A stretch of 64,000 nt of DNA from the NCBI GenBank assembly GCA_036172245.1, contig JAYWIR010000026.1, positions 496,001-560,000 on the forward strand, read 5' to 3'. Below are positions 14,108-27,655 of this stretch, piece by piece. The notes beneath the pieces were generated by a model, which had not been told where the DNA came from, ran no database searches, and saw only the letters and a list, made by a program, of their open reading frames with translations. Within the stretch, counting starts at the first letter, position 1. Each line of letters starts with the position of its first letter. This DNA is from Raillietiella orientalis. Lineage: Eukaryota. The position numbers were made by a program, and so were the translations under genes.

Positions 14108-14280
14108 TATGTATGTGGGCATGTAATGTAATCACTATCACACAATATAATATAATCATTGCTATACATACATATGAGAGATTATAAAGCATAACTCTGT
14201 GCTTATTTGAATTATACATACATACATATACATATACATATGTACATATGTATTTATGTAGATATGTAGGTATCTATATG
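13398..14280. repeat. AT-rich block with ~225-bp tandem duplication
   Basis: TGAAAGATTGTAAAACATGAC at 13578 and 13803 with continuing alignment; block starts sharply at AAAGATCGTGAAGAAA (13398). Confidence 0.7.
14072..14103. repeat. (CA)n microsatellite
   Basis: Uninterrupted CA run. Confidence 0.95.
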
Positions 14281-14649
14281 GACAGCTGCTGCAAAGAAGA
14301 GTACCTATATGGAGAGAGGAAAAAGGGTTACCTTGGTCTCATGAAGCTGTCAGATGAGTCTGATGCCTCCATCAAGGACAGTGCTTCAAATTGCTATCAC
14401 GCTGATGATGCCCTCAAAACCTCAGCCCAAGAAACCCTCCGTGAGATGGTGCCGAAGGAAATCCTTTTGACACCCACGGAGTCACGTTTTAGCAAATTTA
14501 CGTCGGACGACACATCTGGGAAGCCTTCCAGAATGGTTTGGGGGACGTACGGAGCTAGTGGGTCACAGGAAGACGGGCCTCGCTGAGAGCCGGAGGCGGT
14601 ATGGGTTTCAAGGAGAAGCACCGACAGTTCGAATCGGGGAAGTGGTTGC

Positions 14650-16250
14650 TGATGCCAAAACGAGGAGAAAATCTTCCTTCGTGAGAGCTGAACAACGCGA
14701 GAAAGCATGGCAACCCTTACTGAATCTCTATCAAGGGGAAGTTCGTGGACTGGATCGGACTGGACAGCTCTTCGAGCTACTCTCTTACAAGTGGTGACCG
14801 CCTGGGATTCGTCGCCGAGTGCACAGTCATCCACGCCCCAGGGGGGAATGTCGTTCTCCCAGAAGAGGGGCTGCCAGAGGATGCAAATCCGGTCGCTCGT
14901 GTCGCCGCTGTGGCCTGTGGGGCGAGACGATGCCTCACGGAACGAATAACCTCATAAGTCACTTCCGTGTGTACATATGCCGGCGCCATGCGACTCCGGA
15001 CAAGATCAAAACAGCAGCGGTAGAAGCAGCAAGATGCAGACCGATGCGTCTGGTGCATCTGAGGACCAGCTCGTCCATGGTCTTCCGTGTGTCCATGGTC
15101 CAGCTCTGAGGTCCGTTCTGGTACGGCAGGAGGGCAGCGGGATGGTGACGCTGGACATAGCCTGCCCTTCGAGGGAACAGATAAGGAGCCCTTGGCAACG
15201 CCAGGAATGGGAACGCATCGCAACACCCAAGTGTTGCCAGCCAGCAGTCCAAGAAAGACGCAAAAGTGCTGGCCACCATCTCTGGACCTTTGGAAACTGG
15301 GGATCCCGGCAGTCCTCCGTGAGCTGCGTGCACCCCGAGCGCGCACGCGTATGGAACGAGGCAGCTCGTGGCTGCACTCGCGACATCTCTTGGATGGACA
15401 CGTGGGCTTCGACAAACACTGGATGGCGCCCGAACCCCCGACAACCTCATGAAGATGGTGGTGCTTCGTGGGAGGGGCAGTCCGACTGGATCCGACTGGG
15501 GATCCCCACAGATAGTTCAAGTACCTTGGCGTTCCGTTGGGCATCTTCGACGCTGCTCAAACGTTGTCGGATTGTTTTCAGAAGGAAGAGTTGGCCCTGA
15601 GCCCGTTCCTTCGTGGCAAGCTGCTGGAACGAGCAGTGATTTGGAACACCTTCGTGGACCCCTCCATCGCCCCCTGTTTTTGTTTGCGAAACCCCCTGCG
15701 AGGCGAAACAGTGGGCTCAAGAATGCTCTCTGGGGACCGGTGAAGTCCCGAATCCGCCTCAAAGACTTGGCGAATCCGCGTCGGGATGCTGGCTTAAGCA
15801 TCCTGACGCTAGAGCTAATGGAGACGCTGCAAGTGCACTTCTGAATTCTGGCACTCTGTGCCAGCCTGTGGGCTTCCCCGTTGTGTGCTCCTGCGCTCAT
15901 CCTGCTGCGAAGATGTGCCGGCAGCGAAGGACTGCTCTCCTTGCTGCCAGGCACGCACTACAGGATGCGGGTATTCGGCTTTCCCCTGAGGCAACTCGCC
16001 TCTCTGCTGGAAGCCCATCCGTGGATCTCCTGTCGCCCAACAGACTTCAACACCTGGAAGCAGAAGTGTGTGGGGTCCTGGGCTGCGTTCCAAGGAATGT
16101 GCCCTGAAGATCTTTGCCCCCTGCGGTATCTCCTACCACGCGTGCTGGAAGAGGTGCTGCAGGACGAGGTGGTCGACTCTGACACCACATCCTTTGTCGC
16201 AGCACTGTCTGCCATAAGACAAGAGACGACAGTAGTCAACTGGCAAGGTG
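14650..16250 (+). mobile_element. Degenerate L1/Tx1-like RT relic
   Basis: RCRPMRLVH (~WRPISLLN, ~15035), FKYLGVPLG (15516-15542), LRGKLL..IWNTF, ALWGPVKSRIRLKDLANPRRDAGLSIL (FLW....RI....L..P...GGL). Confidence 0.75.
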
Positions 16251-16254
16251 GGAA

Positions 16255-16775
16255 ATATACAAATGGGAATGCACGGATGAAAATGTAAATATATGTGCAT
16301 AAAGGTGAATATATGTATATCAATATGAATATATATCTAAATATATGTATATAAATGTATGCGTGTATGTAAACAAACGTATAAAATGTGGATATCTGTT
16401 TAAAAAAAATAAATTTATGTGTATAAATGCAAATATGCATTTAAATGCATCTATTTAAATATAAACATATGCACTTAAACATAAATGCATGTATATAAAT
16501 ATGGCATGTGTCCTTTAGCATAAATACATGTATATAAATATAACATATGTTCTTCAACATAGTTACGTGCATATAAATAGAGGTATAAAAATGCAGATAT
16601 GTGTATATAGTTATCATATATGTATAAAAATGTAAATCTATAAAGATGTAAGCATAGAAATATAAATATATGTATATAAATATATATGCACATGTATATA
16701 AGTGTATACATATAGATACGTATATATTGCTCTGTGTAAAATGAAGATGTGTGTATATATTTTTCAATGATCGTT
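16255..16775. repeat. AT-rich short-period tandem block
   Basis: Repeated TGTATATAAAT/ATGTATAAAA variants; right end reverse-complement AACGATCATTGAAAAATATA resembles the family terminus. Confidence 0.6.
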
Positions 16776-16779
16776 CGGG

Positions 16780-18600
16780 ATTTCGAACGGCCCCCGGGGC
16801 GATCGGAATGGCTGTGAGGCCGTAGGAAGCGTTTCGAAAGAGTGGGAGCGACGTGGAAGAGTGGAAATCGGACCGGGGCTGCCACGGTATGGGGGGAACG
16901 TTCCCCTTCCGGGAACTTTGCGTTCCCAGCTGGCGGCACTCTCTGCTTTCACCTTCGAGAGCAGGGTTCCCAGATGCTCCCGTGACTTTCGCCCCCTTAG
17001 CTGTTTGGGGCTTCCCCGAACGCGTGTCCGGGATTCCTCTGGAATTTCCGCGCTGTTCCTCGGCGGCATCTCCTGTAAGGTGCGCACTCGCGCCACCATG
17101 GCTCAGGGAAGCTGCCTGAACCAGGAGACCGAGCAGCCGCAGGGTTCGGAAGGAAGGGGTCAGCGACTCGGTCGAGGGCGCGGGCGGGAAACGCGTGACC
17201 CGGGTCGGCCTCAGCGGTTGGGGGCCTCCCCCAGCGAAGCGTTCGCCCCGGAGGAGAATCAATCCAGGAGCCACCGCTTCCCCGTCTGTCACTGCGAGGA
17301 GACTTCCACGTCGGAGGCGTTCCATAAGGCTTTCCGTGCGTTCCAGAAGGTTCGCGAGTTCTCTTCTGGCGACTCCAAATCGAGGGTTTCCGGAGCAGAG
17401 AACAAAGCTAATCACTGTTTGTTCTCCTTGGGCGGTTGGCATCATCTCAGCATCCTCTCGTCCGACCTGCTTTCTTTCCGACTTGGGCGCCGCTCGCCCC
17501 GTCGAGGCGGCGGGCCAGGTGCACAGCCTCCGGCGCGACTCCCTTGCGCTCGGAGCGCGAGCTCCAGTCCTCCGCTAGCGCTGGTTGGCCGCCGCAGCTC
17601 CCACGCGCGCGATGCCGAGCGTCCCTCCCCCCTGGTGGACCGAGGGGTCGCTAGCTGGCCGACTCCATGATTCTCTCCCCCCCTTCCCTCACTGACCTGC
17701 CCGACTCTCGTCGAACCGACCATTCACTTCTTGCTGGCCACCTGACACCCATCTTGGGTCTCATCTTGAGCGATTCTTCCCCACGACCTCCTCCCTCCCG
17801 CTCTCGGATGCGAGCGCTCTAGGGTTGGTGACCGTGAGCGGAGGGGTCGGGGTCGTTTCCCGACGGACCCAGGGCTCCGCGCTCCTCAAAGGGACTTGCG
17901 ATGAGGGAAGGGCAGGCTGGAACGAGGGAGGTGAGTCCTGTTCGCTCCCTCCCATGGCTCCGCTTTCCACCCCTCCGTAGAACGAAGCCTCGAGGGACGA
18001 CCCCTTTTTCCCCCGAGCACCGTCCGCGGCGGCCGTCCTGGGTGATTCCGCTGGGCGAAGAGTCGGAGCGGTCGAGGGCGCTGTAGCTTATAAAAAAAAG
18101 ATCCAGAGGGCCAAGGTTAACTACGGGCCCTTTAGAGCAACTGCTCTCATGGGGTCGGGTCAGGCACCGCAGGGCGTGGTCGCGGATGGCCAGTACACCG
18201 CAGTCTCGGATCTCTCCTAGAATCTCAGGTGTCCAGAAATGGAATGACCAATGGTTTCCGATTAGCACGCAAAAAAAGAGGACAAAATCGGGCCTAGAGG
18301 AATTTCTGGATGGGCGTTGCAGAGTTGGGAACGGCGAGGTACGATCTGGATTCATCGCGGCTCGTCCTCGTCCTGAGCGCTTCCCGGCTCTTGGGTGGAG
18401 GCCACACCTTCTCTTCCCCCTCTCCTGACACGGGTCGATCATGAGCAGTTGAAGGTGGACCGCGCGCCACGGAAACGCGAAGCGGGTGGCCTGGGGCTCT
18501 TTGGAACGCGTCCTGGGACGGACGCAGATCAACGGGCTCGATGTTGACATCTAACGGTTCGCAGGGGAAACACGGCTTACACGAACACATGGAAACCCGG
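16780..18600 (-). mobile_element. Degenerate L1-like RT relic
   Basis: LDL....ALDR (~18090), EVNG (~17725), GVGQL.TP (~17660), LANLLERTESLM...LL, RGIPD (~17035) in expected order; very decayed. Confidence 0.45.
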
Positions 18601-18784
18601 AGAGAGATGAGCGGTCAGAATGCAAATCCTTTGGGCTTCCGCTAATTTACTTTCGGCTTTCCATTTTCTACTTCGTTTTTTCCTCGTTTTTTTTTGGTTC
18701 CATGAGTGCTGAAGAACGGTTCGTTTAGAGAGCCACGAAATTCTTCAGCGCTGTCCACCGGAGGGTGCGTGTGTCTCCTCAAGC

Positions 18785-19385
18785 TCAGGGGTACCCCGGC
18801 AGGGAACCATCCTATGAGTTCAAGAAGGTCTCCGAAAAAAGGAGTCCGGTCTTGCGCTTGGGAAGGAACCCCAAAGGCAACTTTCACCTTGGTTGTCCCC
18901 GAAGTTGGGGTCACTCCTCATTCCTTTTCCTCTCCTGGAATTTCTTCTCTGAAGGGAGGGAAACCCACAAGGGAACCGTTCCTTGTTTACGCCTCCTCCG
19001 AAGAGAACCCAGAAGGGACGCTTCCCAATGTCTGTGAAAGGAACATCCGGCACTCTGGGGAGGCAACCCCCGGGGGGGCCATCAGCCAGGTCCATGGTGA
19101 AAGAAGGACGACTCCATTCTCACAACCGTAGGGAAAACCCTGGAGAGTTGACTTCCAGATCCCGGCCACTCAACGGGGGCACCCTGTTTCCGCCAGCTCC
19201 CGCCAACACCTCCGCACTCGAACAGGATGACCAGCGTCATCTTGCGGGGGACACTCGAAACCCTCAACCCACTGCAGCAGTTTCGCACTGGCGCCAGAGT
19301 GAGGACTCCACCACTCTAACGCTTGGCAGAGGATTCGAACGCGTTACATCACGCGCCGAGACCGTGGCCACGCGGGCCGGTTTAA
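18785..19385 (-). mobile_element. L1/Tx1 ORF1-like relic, inverted homolog of 25985-26592
   Basis: CCTCCGAAGAGAACCC(A/C)GAAGGGACGCTTCCCAAT and several shorter blocks shared with the 26 kb copy; both read LGSVPSGFSSE. Confidence 0.6.
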
Positions 19386-20399
19386 TTCCTAACCTCTGCA
19401 TTCGATAATTCCGGTTACTGTGGCCAAAAGCATGCATTTCGATACCTCTCTGCCTCACAGCACACTTATATTTTTTAAAAATCTTTGTAGAGAAATGATA
19501 GAGAAACAGCATCGCCCCTTCTACTTCGAGGCATCATTTGGTAGGTGCAATTGCTCTCCTTACAGGAGAGCAGCATTGCCACTAAGGTAGTGGAGGTGGC
19601 TTGGACCCAGGTCTTCCTACCGTCCGACTTGATGGACGGGACTATTCAGTGAGAAGTCTGTCCTTGCAAAGCGGATCCAGGCGCCTCCTCTGGTTTTCGA
19701 TCGCGACAGGAATGCCGATCCGTGTAGCTGAGAGGGGATGCTTCCTCAAGGGCGTCTCTTTCACCTTCAGGTGCTCAAAGGGTCAAAGGCACCTTCAGAG
19801 CCTTTGATCTACGGCATCCATGAGCGTGGGCTCGCATATCATACGAGCTGTTGGGAGAGGTGCTCAATTCTGATGCAGAGGCAGCAGCCCGGATATTTGT
19901 GTCAAATAGAGCAACCCTCATTACACCAGGCGCTTTCTGAAACGGCAGCTGCCCTATGATGGCTCTGAACGTGCAAACAAAACAGCCACACCTCTCCTTC
20001 AGCATTTGGGTCTTCTGGGAAACCGCTGGCAAAAGAGAACATCGGCTCTCCCTTCCAGATCCCGCTGGTTTCGCACGCAGCGACATCCGCACGAAACAAG
20101 GAAGAAGGAGTTCGACTCGTCTGGGAATACCCATTTCATATAATCCTAGCCCGGACTATGTTTGTCCTTCCCATGAATTAAAAAGATCGGTCTGACCTCT
20201 TTAGTTACTCTTTCAATTCCTTTCCAATTGCGAGAGCATTCTTACACGGCTGTTGTTCAGCATCTTCTCATACTGAAGACGGCATACTAGATGTTGCAAC
20301 GGTAACTAGAGGCTGGAATAACTCGGTAGAGAAATCATCAGTCGCTGGAGTGGGTAGGATACCGCAAACCGCCTCGTAGGACGGTGGACGTCACTGGAG

Positions 20400-21300
20400 T
20401 GGACTGGGATCCAAAACAAGCAGAGCCACAGCGATCAGCGACGAAGAGGAAGTAGCAACATCTCAAGTAGCCCATTTCCAGGACTCCATAAACACAGTCA
20501 CTGCTATCACAAGAGCAGTGCATAGTCGAGTTTGTGGACCGAGGATCGAAATAGAGAATGGGTCGCGTACCCATGGGAGAGCTAGAGGATAATATCATGA
20601 AACTGGCGTCGTGTCCAACCATTTTGCGACGTCGCATACCAAACACCCCGTGCGCGAATCACAGGAAAGAAATCCCATGATCTACTCAAGTGCACTTCAG
20701 TAGCGGTCAGCTCACTGCGGAGTGCTTTCAAGAAATTCCCGTTGTAAACAAAACTCGAACGTGTTCCTCAGAGCCCAAATCACGAATGCGCGTTCCATAA
20801 AGAACCTCAATGGCCCGCAACCCTCAGCTCTTCCTGCAATCAAACTGGGGAACGCGTGGTTCCATTCATCTCCGAATTTTTCTGGAACATCCGCCCCATC
20901 AACACGGACTCCAGAAGCTGGAGATCAGTCCACGGCCGATGACGTCTGATCTGCACGATTCATTGAATCCCGAGTTATTTCAAAAGAAGTTCCTCTTCGC
21001 GACTGATGCAGCGGCTATCCAAAATGCTCCTGCATCCCGAGCTAGTGGGCACGACAAACAATCTAAACTTTCAGATATCGGTGGAATGTTGGCACCTCGC
21101 TCTTTGTCCAGAATCAGGGACTCCACTTTGGAATACGTGTAGGGGGAATGCCGCAAACTCTCTGTCAACATAGCGGAGTAGAGACGACTGATATTTATCT
21201 TTCTGCTACTAAGATACTTAGTTATCACAATGATTGAGGGAACCTTCTTGTATAAGACATATGGCTGTAGCCACGAATTCCCACAGCTGAGCACACATTA
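20400..21300 (+). mobile_element. Possible degenerate non-LTR RT relic
   Basis: LNG...S...GTRGS (~20806-20862), STADDV (~20930-20946), LEYV (~21128). Confidence 0.35.
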
Positions 21301-22399
21301 TAGTGCGCATTAGTTGCATCAGCAGAACCAGTCGGAAGAAAGCACGAAAGAGGAAGAACAACAGGGAGTACTAACGAGTACGTGTTTTGCAGACCTACAA
21401 ACGTACCACCTGCACAGCCCCATCTTGCCATACCCGACATTTATATGAGTGAGCAGCACACCGTAGATGAAACCCCGGAGCCTACTAGGGGAAGAAACAG
21501 AATTCTCTTCAAGACTTAATTTCGCCCCACTTTAGAGCCTTGCAAATGATTACCATTATAACATGCTGTGTTGAGATGATCACATACAGCGTGTACATCC
21601 TTTGACCAGTGCAATCGTAGTAGATCCCCCCATGTCCACTGCTGCCCAACCGCTAAGGTCTGTTTGCAGAAAAATGGAATCGCATCGAAGAGGTGCGACA
21701 CATCAAAGAGAAGGCCTTCGGCGAGCACACAGAAAACGCGCAGCTGAATCTTCGCGAGAAACTGTGGCTTCCGGCTGAACTCCCGGACCATCGTCCGTTT
21801 CCAACCCGACCAGAAATGCTACAGCACCGAGACTCTGCCCTTTGTCCACGTCCGTGTCGTGGAGAATTGTGAAGCGAATCCGCCACCTCACCATACTGCT
21901 TACGCAGGTAAAGACACGCTCTGGAGAAATCCTGATGATAACCGACACCGAATCAACATGCACTCCACTCGAATGTCCATCTCAGGGAATATTCGAGGCG
22001 TTCTTCTAAACTTGGAACCAGAGAATGGTGTCTGCAGCACTCCAAACCTCGATCCTCATCTTGAATTCGCTGCAAGAGGTGAATGCATTCTTGCGAGACA
22101 TCAGCAATGCAACGTCATGACATCCGTCGTGGCAATACCACAAGCTATGGCGCCCCAGGCACAGAAGTAGGAGTAGGGGGAGCAAAAAACAGAACGATCA
22201 CGGTGCGCATTGGCTGCAATCCACCACTTATGAAACGGAGGCAGCAACAGCCCCCGTTTAGCGTCGGTGAGTCCCTGTGGGCAGCTGCCTTGCGTACAGC
22301 AGGAAATTTCAATCCTGTACGAGACATGGTACCAAATGTTTGTTCAGGTTGGAATATTCGCAGCAGCCGGCTGTCATGGAGCCATTCGCGACGTTGTCA

Positions 22400-23105
22400 G
22401 AAGCGTTCACGTCATGTCTTCGGCAAGTTTGGGTGCCTTTGCAGTACACCTTCTACGGATGAAGCTACGCGCCCAGTAGACAGTCAAAGCAGATTGGTGT
22501 ACAGTACCAGGTCGCGGGCCATTCTGCCACCCCGTGGCTGGGTCATAGCCCTTCTCGTTTTCTGCTATTTCGAGAGAAGAAAGGCTTCCGGGATTATGTG
22601 GTCGCAGATGACCTGGTTTTTACCCGCGTAATGGAGATTTCTGCAAGAATGATCGCTATCATGCTCGCAGGAACATGACGCATGGAGAATGGACTTGACA
22701 CTTTAGGAGCATCACTTAGGGATGTTGGAGCATTATTTCGAACCCATCCCTTCCTATCTTCTTGTGGAAAGTGGTCTTTCTGGAGAGTGTAATCGTGTGA
22801 ATGTCCAAAATGTCTTTTTACACCTATTTTGGCGTAGATCCGCTTAAAAATGTACGTAGTGTGTAGGTCGGAGAAAGAGTGGTCTAGTTGCGCTTCCTGG
22901 AAGCGCATCCGGTTATCGGTCCCCTTCCAGGAAACGTCCAGGAAAGCAACTTTCCTTGCCAGAACGGACCGCAGTTTGGAACACTTTTCTGGATTCCACC
23001 CTCCACCCCTTTCCTACAAGTGCAGGAAGCGCGTTCTCCTTCTCGACCTTCTTGTGCGCGTCGGATTGCTGTGGTGCCGTTCCTTGCCGCAAGATTTATT
23101 CAGTC
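22400..23105 (-). mobile_element. Possible LTR/DIRS-type RT-RNase H relic
   Basis: LVGKGWRV / NPEKC......KVAFLDV (~23030-22930) and SDAP (~22710; TDAS-like); cut upstream by the MULE fragment. Confidence 0.3.
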
Positions 23106-23109
23106 GGTC

Positions 23110-23844
23110 TGCCAGATATGTGGGCAGAGTGAAGGGAATCATCCCTGATGCCACGCAGAAGGAGATTCAGGGAGCTCCGCGTGACGCGTCATTGATCGTT
23201 TAGTTGCCAAGGAATGCATCTCGCCGTCACCACACTTTGGTCAAACGGCTGAAGAGCACCACTGCCACCCAAGGGGGGCCGATCGGCTCATCCCCGGTGC
23301 AGCCGTGCATCTCGCGGACGGTGAGTCTCCATCCTTGCGCTGTGTCTCATCTCCGCTCAGGAGAAATAGCAGCAACTCATTCGGCGTGCACGCTCTACAC
23401 AGAGGTGTGTGACATTTGTGTGCCAATACGGAGCGCGTAACGCAAGCATTACAAACCGTGGAAAGCAAGAAAGTCCCCCCTCAGGTAGTGGCTGACCTTT
23501 TCGCAGAAAGGTTGGTTCCGAAATGTCGAGAGCATTCGACAGCCCACGATACGCTCACCGGACTCTTCATAAGGTCAATTGCCTATTCGATGTCCATTTG
23601 TACAAGACCGAAACTATGGAAAATTGTCCAGCAGCTAGAAGAAGATGAGGTTAATGCATCGTGCATGATGGTCCGCGAGAGCACACAGCACAGGGATAAT
23701 AGGAAAATAGGAAACTCTACGACTACTTTTATGCTGACCAGGCCGTGACAGATGACATGACACCGAGAGATTAATACGAGAGATACTGCTACCAAGCCTC
23801 GAACATGAAAGTGAAGCAACCAATCATGCTACTGCCATTGGGAA
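23110..23844 (+). mobile_element. MULE-type transposase fragment (copy 1 of inverted duplication)
   Basis: ECISPSPHFGQ (~GC.FHF.Q) and RPKLWKIVQQLEEDE (~HP.LW.FI..L..EE); near-identical to reverse complement of 58087-58821. Confidence 0.65.
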
Positions 23845-25984
23845 AATGATAAGTGATGTCTTGCTGAGTGACCCCGAGAGGGCCGTATGGTGCGTCTCTG
23901 ATGACATGACACGATGGGCACAGCGTAATCTTTCGATGGTGACCAAGTGCCAAATCGGAAGTTTCCACGAGTGTAATCTTACATCTGCAGAGAAGCGCGC
24001 CAGAGACTTCTTGACAACATCTATGGCTGTATACAAAGCATGCAGAAAATCGGCGGATAACATCTGGGGAGGTGTTACTGGGCCTCCTGAATCTGGATCA
24101 ACGTGGAAAGTGTACGAAGATTGGAGTCTCAGCGTCGAAGGCCTTCGTATGTTAGCTGGAAGTGAAAGTAATCGCAAAGGTCATCATGCATGCAGACTGA
24201 ATGACTTTGAAGTCTGCGAGCAGGAGATTAGCATGAAGCACTCAAGATCTGGGTCCACAGTGCATGCAAAGATATATAAGACAGCATGCATGATGATGAT
24301 GCTATATGACGACGAAGAAATGCATATTTTTGGTTTCGCAGCCATGGAACAACTGCAAGCTGTCTGGAAATTTGGGGTAGGCGCATGGGGCATATTCCAT
24401 GAATTGCAGACTCAGTGGTGTATCCAATCGGGATGGAACATAGAAAGGACCCACCCAATTCGTGTTGGGAACCTAACTAGAAGAGTCAGTCTAGGGAAAT
24501 CAAAATCCTAAGCGATACCTCGAAAGCCAAAATAGAGCCAAAGCCACAGACTTACACTCCTCAGGAGTGGCAATGATTTCCGCAAAAGGGGAAACCGGAA
24601 ATTTTTAATGCCCAGAAAGACAGAAGACCTTGAATCGGCATCGAGCATCATCCCCCAAAGCTGCACCCTCAGCAAATGCGCATGGAAACATACATGCAAA
24701 CTCCGCGAAGGTATGGCTCAATTCTGGAAGACGCCATTTTCCACCCATGTGTTCAGGTGACCGAGATGGATGCACGGGAAACTTTTGATGAGTCAATCTT
24801 TAGGGACGAGGTGCGCAAAGAGTTGCCCGGATTGTGTAAAGCTCGATGGAAAGCATGAAATCGCAGAACTCAGATTCCACCCAACGGCCGTGTTATTAGA
24901 CATCATCTCGGAACGCGAATCTCCCCTTTGCAAGCTTATGTTCCCAAGGCAAGACGCAACCGGAAGAATTTTGTATTCCAAAGCCAAAACTAAGTTAGAC
25001 CGGAAACTCAAATGATTGTGTGGGAGAAACCCCCGAGCTGCAAATTCCAAATCTCCAGGCAAGAGTACTGAGGAATAAAGGAGGACACAAACGCCGAACG
25101 CAATCTCTCAAGGGAATCACAGAATCTCTCCGCAGAGGTCCTTGGGATAGCAGTAGTGCTGTCTCTGCTCTCACGCCCCATCTCGTGAGCACGAGTCGAA
25201 CAACGTGGTCCAGACGCCCCGAGAAACGGCCTCCACTGGGTCCGAAGAGAATTGCCCTGAAGCATGAAGCAGCCGCTCGCCCCGGATGTGCTGGTTGATC
25301 GTACTGCATTCCTCGCAGGGTGAGGTGGGTGGGGTGGGGGACAATGGGAGCTCCGGTTGCATCGGGAATTGCTCAAGGGAACGAACCTCACGGGCGCGTT
25401 CGAACTCGAAGCGTGCAATGCGTGCATGCAGGGAACGTAATTGCCGTCGACCCCAGAACGTGCACGAAATCATGTTCCAGATGTTGTTGCGTCCAGCAAA
25501 AGCGTCTTCCCGTCTTCTTCCTTGTTCTTGCTTCTCCGAATAACTGCTGATGAATACGATCCATGCCAGGAGCTCGCGAGTCCATCTTAGGCGGATGGAG
25601 ATCGTTTGCACGTCCAGATGTGAGCAGCCAAGTCCGTCAAGAGACAGTCACAAGGAGGTTTCCCTCATTCCGAGCGGACCAGAAATGTCGGCACACGCAA
25701 GGGGTGAAAACCCTGATCCTGAGCCCTTGGCTCTGTTTCCAGTTGTCCCTTCTGAAGTGCCTTCTGTCGCCTGGGTCCGATTTCCCGTTTCTTCGTGTGT
25801 GGAGTGCGTGACTCGCGCATGTGACCCGCGCAGGTCTGGAATCTCCAGACCTGCTTCGAACTCTTCCTCCTGCAGCCGAGAGACGTCGCGCTGCTCTTTT
25901 CGTGAGATTTTCATGAACTTTCGTTTCGAAGAGCAGGCTGCAGGCACGTACACCACTTGTGGATCTTGCTGATCCGCAGGCCAC

Positions 25985-26700
25985 GTAGGAGACCACGTGG
26001 TCACGGTCTCCTCGCGTGGCGCACGGCCAAAAGTCCCGGGTTCGAATTCCATCCGGGGAAAAGCTGATGCCGAGAGATGGAGGGGGAGTCGCGGGTTCGG
26101 GTTCATCCCGCGAGATGACGCTGGGCGGCTTCCATTCATTCGGGTGCGACACAGGTGGTGGTTCGAACCCTGACGAGTGGCCGCGATTGGGAGTCCAACC
26201 TCCGGGGTTCATCTATAAATCAAAGAGTGAATGCTCCTTTCCCACTGATTGTACAAAGGAGCAAGCCTACTCTCCGTGGGGGAACCTCCTTCTCGCACTA
26301 TGGAGTCGGTGTGTTGCCACCTCTACGGAGTGCAAGGAAGTGAGCCGATTCCTTCGGGCTCTTCAGAGAAAATTGGGAAGCGTCCCTTCGGGGTTCTCTT
26401 CGGAGGGGGGAAGAGGGAGAAGGTCCTTTTTTCCCGAGGAGAGATTCCTACTAGCGGTTCGTTTCCCGGGTTCCCTTCGGAGACAACCAGGGTGGAGAGG
26501 TTCCCTTCTCTGATCCCTGACCTCCAGGAGCGAGAGGAACGGACTCCAAGCTTCCTCTGGATTCGAAGGGCGCTCCCCTTCCGGGCACTCCCTATCCAGA
26601 AGTTCTGTCAGTGAAAAAATACGTAGCGGCAAGGATCGGAGGTGTTTATCATTTGGGGACTCTCGTGGTCGGCCCCAGCTCAAGGGACGCCCATGCGATC
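25985..26700 (+). mobile_element. L1/Tx1 ORF1-like relic
   Basis: LGSVPSGFSSE, RTPSFLWIR...QKFC and RRCLSFG (decayed zinc knuckles) parallel KIPGLAHIDG...PTFC...RCFRCG of ORF1 at 33.5-33.8 kb. Confidence 0.55.
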
Positions 26701-27394
26701 ACGGCTCCGATGTCACAGCAACGCACACATCACCAGGAAAGTGCATGGTGTGTACGCAACGAGCTTGGTGAGATCAAAATTTTCTCTTCCGTGGGAGGGC
26801 GCAGGTGGTCTTCGACTTGCGGCGGGGTCACGTTCCATGGTGGCCGTCGCCTCTGACGTCAGCCAGAGACTTTTTTACATTCTTGGTTTGTTGGATTGCT
26901 GTTTTGCATGTCTTGCATATCCCAGGCGGGTTCCCAACTATCTTCAAATGCCTTGAAAAACGTATGAACTTACATGAACATCCGCAAATTGCTCATTCGT
27001 GTATGTGTGAATACATAAACATGTATAAAATTAAGGAAGAAAAATTCACGAAAAGAAAAAACCACGCGCACATATCAAAACTGATGCAAAGATAAACAAA
27101 AAACTTATTAACGGCGTTTAATTCGATGATTTTTTAATTGGAACGACATGCCTATCTTTTTTCGAAAGTGTTTTTTTTTTTAGATAAAAAAATTAGTTCG
27201 CGCCGTCTGTTTTTTTGTTTTGGTTTTTTTCATTTTTCTTCATTTCGTGGAAACATCGAATTGCTTCCCGAATTTGCTTTTCGCCTTTGGCAGAAAGGTC
27301 ATCGCCCTGATCCATATTTTCGAGTAGCCGAAGTCCTCGATTCAGCCTAGAAGACACTTCGGCTAACCCTTTTACGCTGATTTTTTTTTTTTTC

Positions 27395-27655
27395 TTAACG
27401 ATTTCCCTTTCTCATCTTCCTCATTCTTTCTTCATTCCGCTTCAACTCTTCCGTTCTCGAAAGTGAGTCTTGATGAGAGGGTTCACTTTCTTCGTGTGCT
27501 ACTAATTCTTCTACGTCGGTAATATTGATTCCGAGATCCAGCTTTCTGGCAATCCTGACGACCTCCTCGTCAGCTTGTTCTAACATATTACGTTCATTCT
27601 TATGAAGCAAAGAACCCATAACAGAATAGAAGTTGAGACAGTCCCGTACTAGCAA
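27395..27655 (-). mobile_element. Tigger/pogo-like DNA transposase C-terminal remnant
   Basis: EEVVRIARKLDLGINITDVEELVAHEESEPSHQD matches the TIGD-type tail EIV.LA..L...V...DVEELL..H..ELT.EDL. Confidence 0.7.

Noticed and set aside
15160..15200. LDIAC/PFEG resembling an R2-type restriction-like endonuclease
   Set aside because: It lies inside an L1-type RT motif series and lacks the upstream CCHC and RHN..PD motifs.
16441..17670. 334-aa and 269-aa ORFs
   Set aside because: Low-complexity products of a GC-rich relic running into an AT repeat; no coherent domain.
25985..26210. tRNA/SINE head suggested by GGTTCGAATTCC and GGTTCGAACCC B-box-like words
   Set aside because: No cloverleaf or clear A box at proper spacing; the downstream shared sequence reads as LINE ORF1 with decayed zinc knuckles. 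Not fully excluded.
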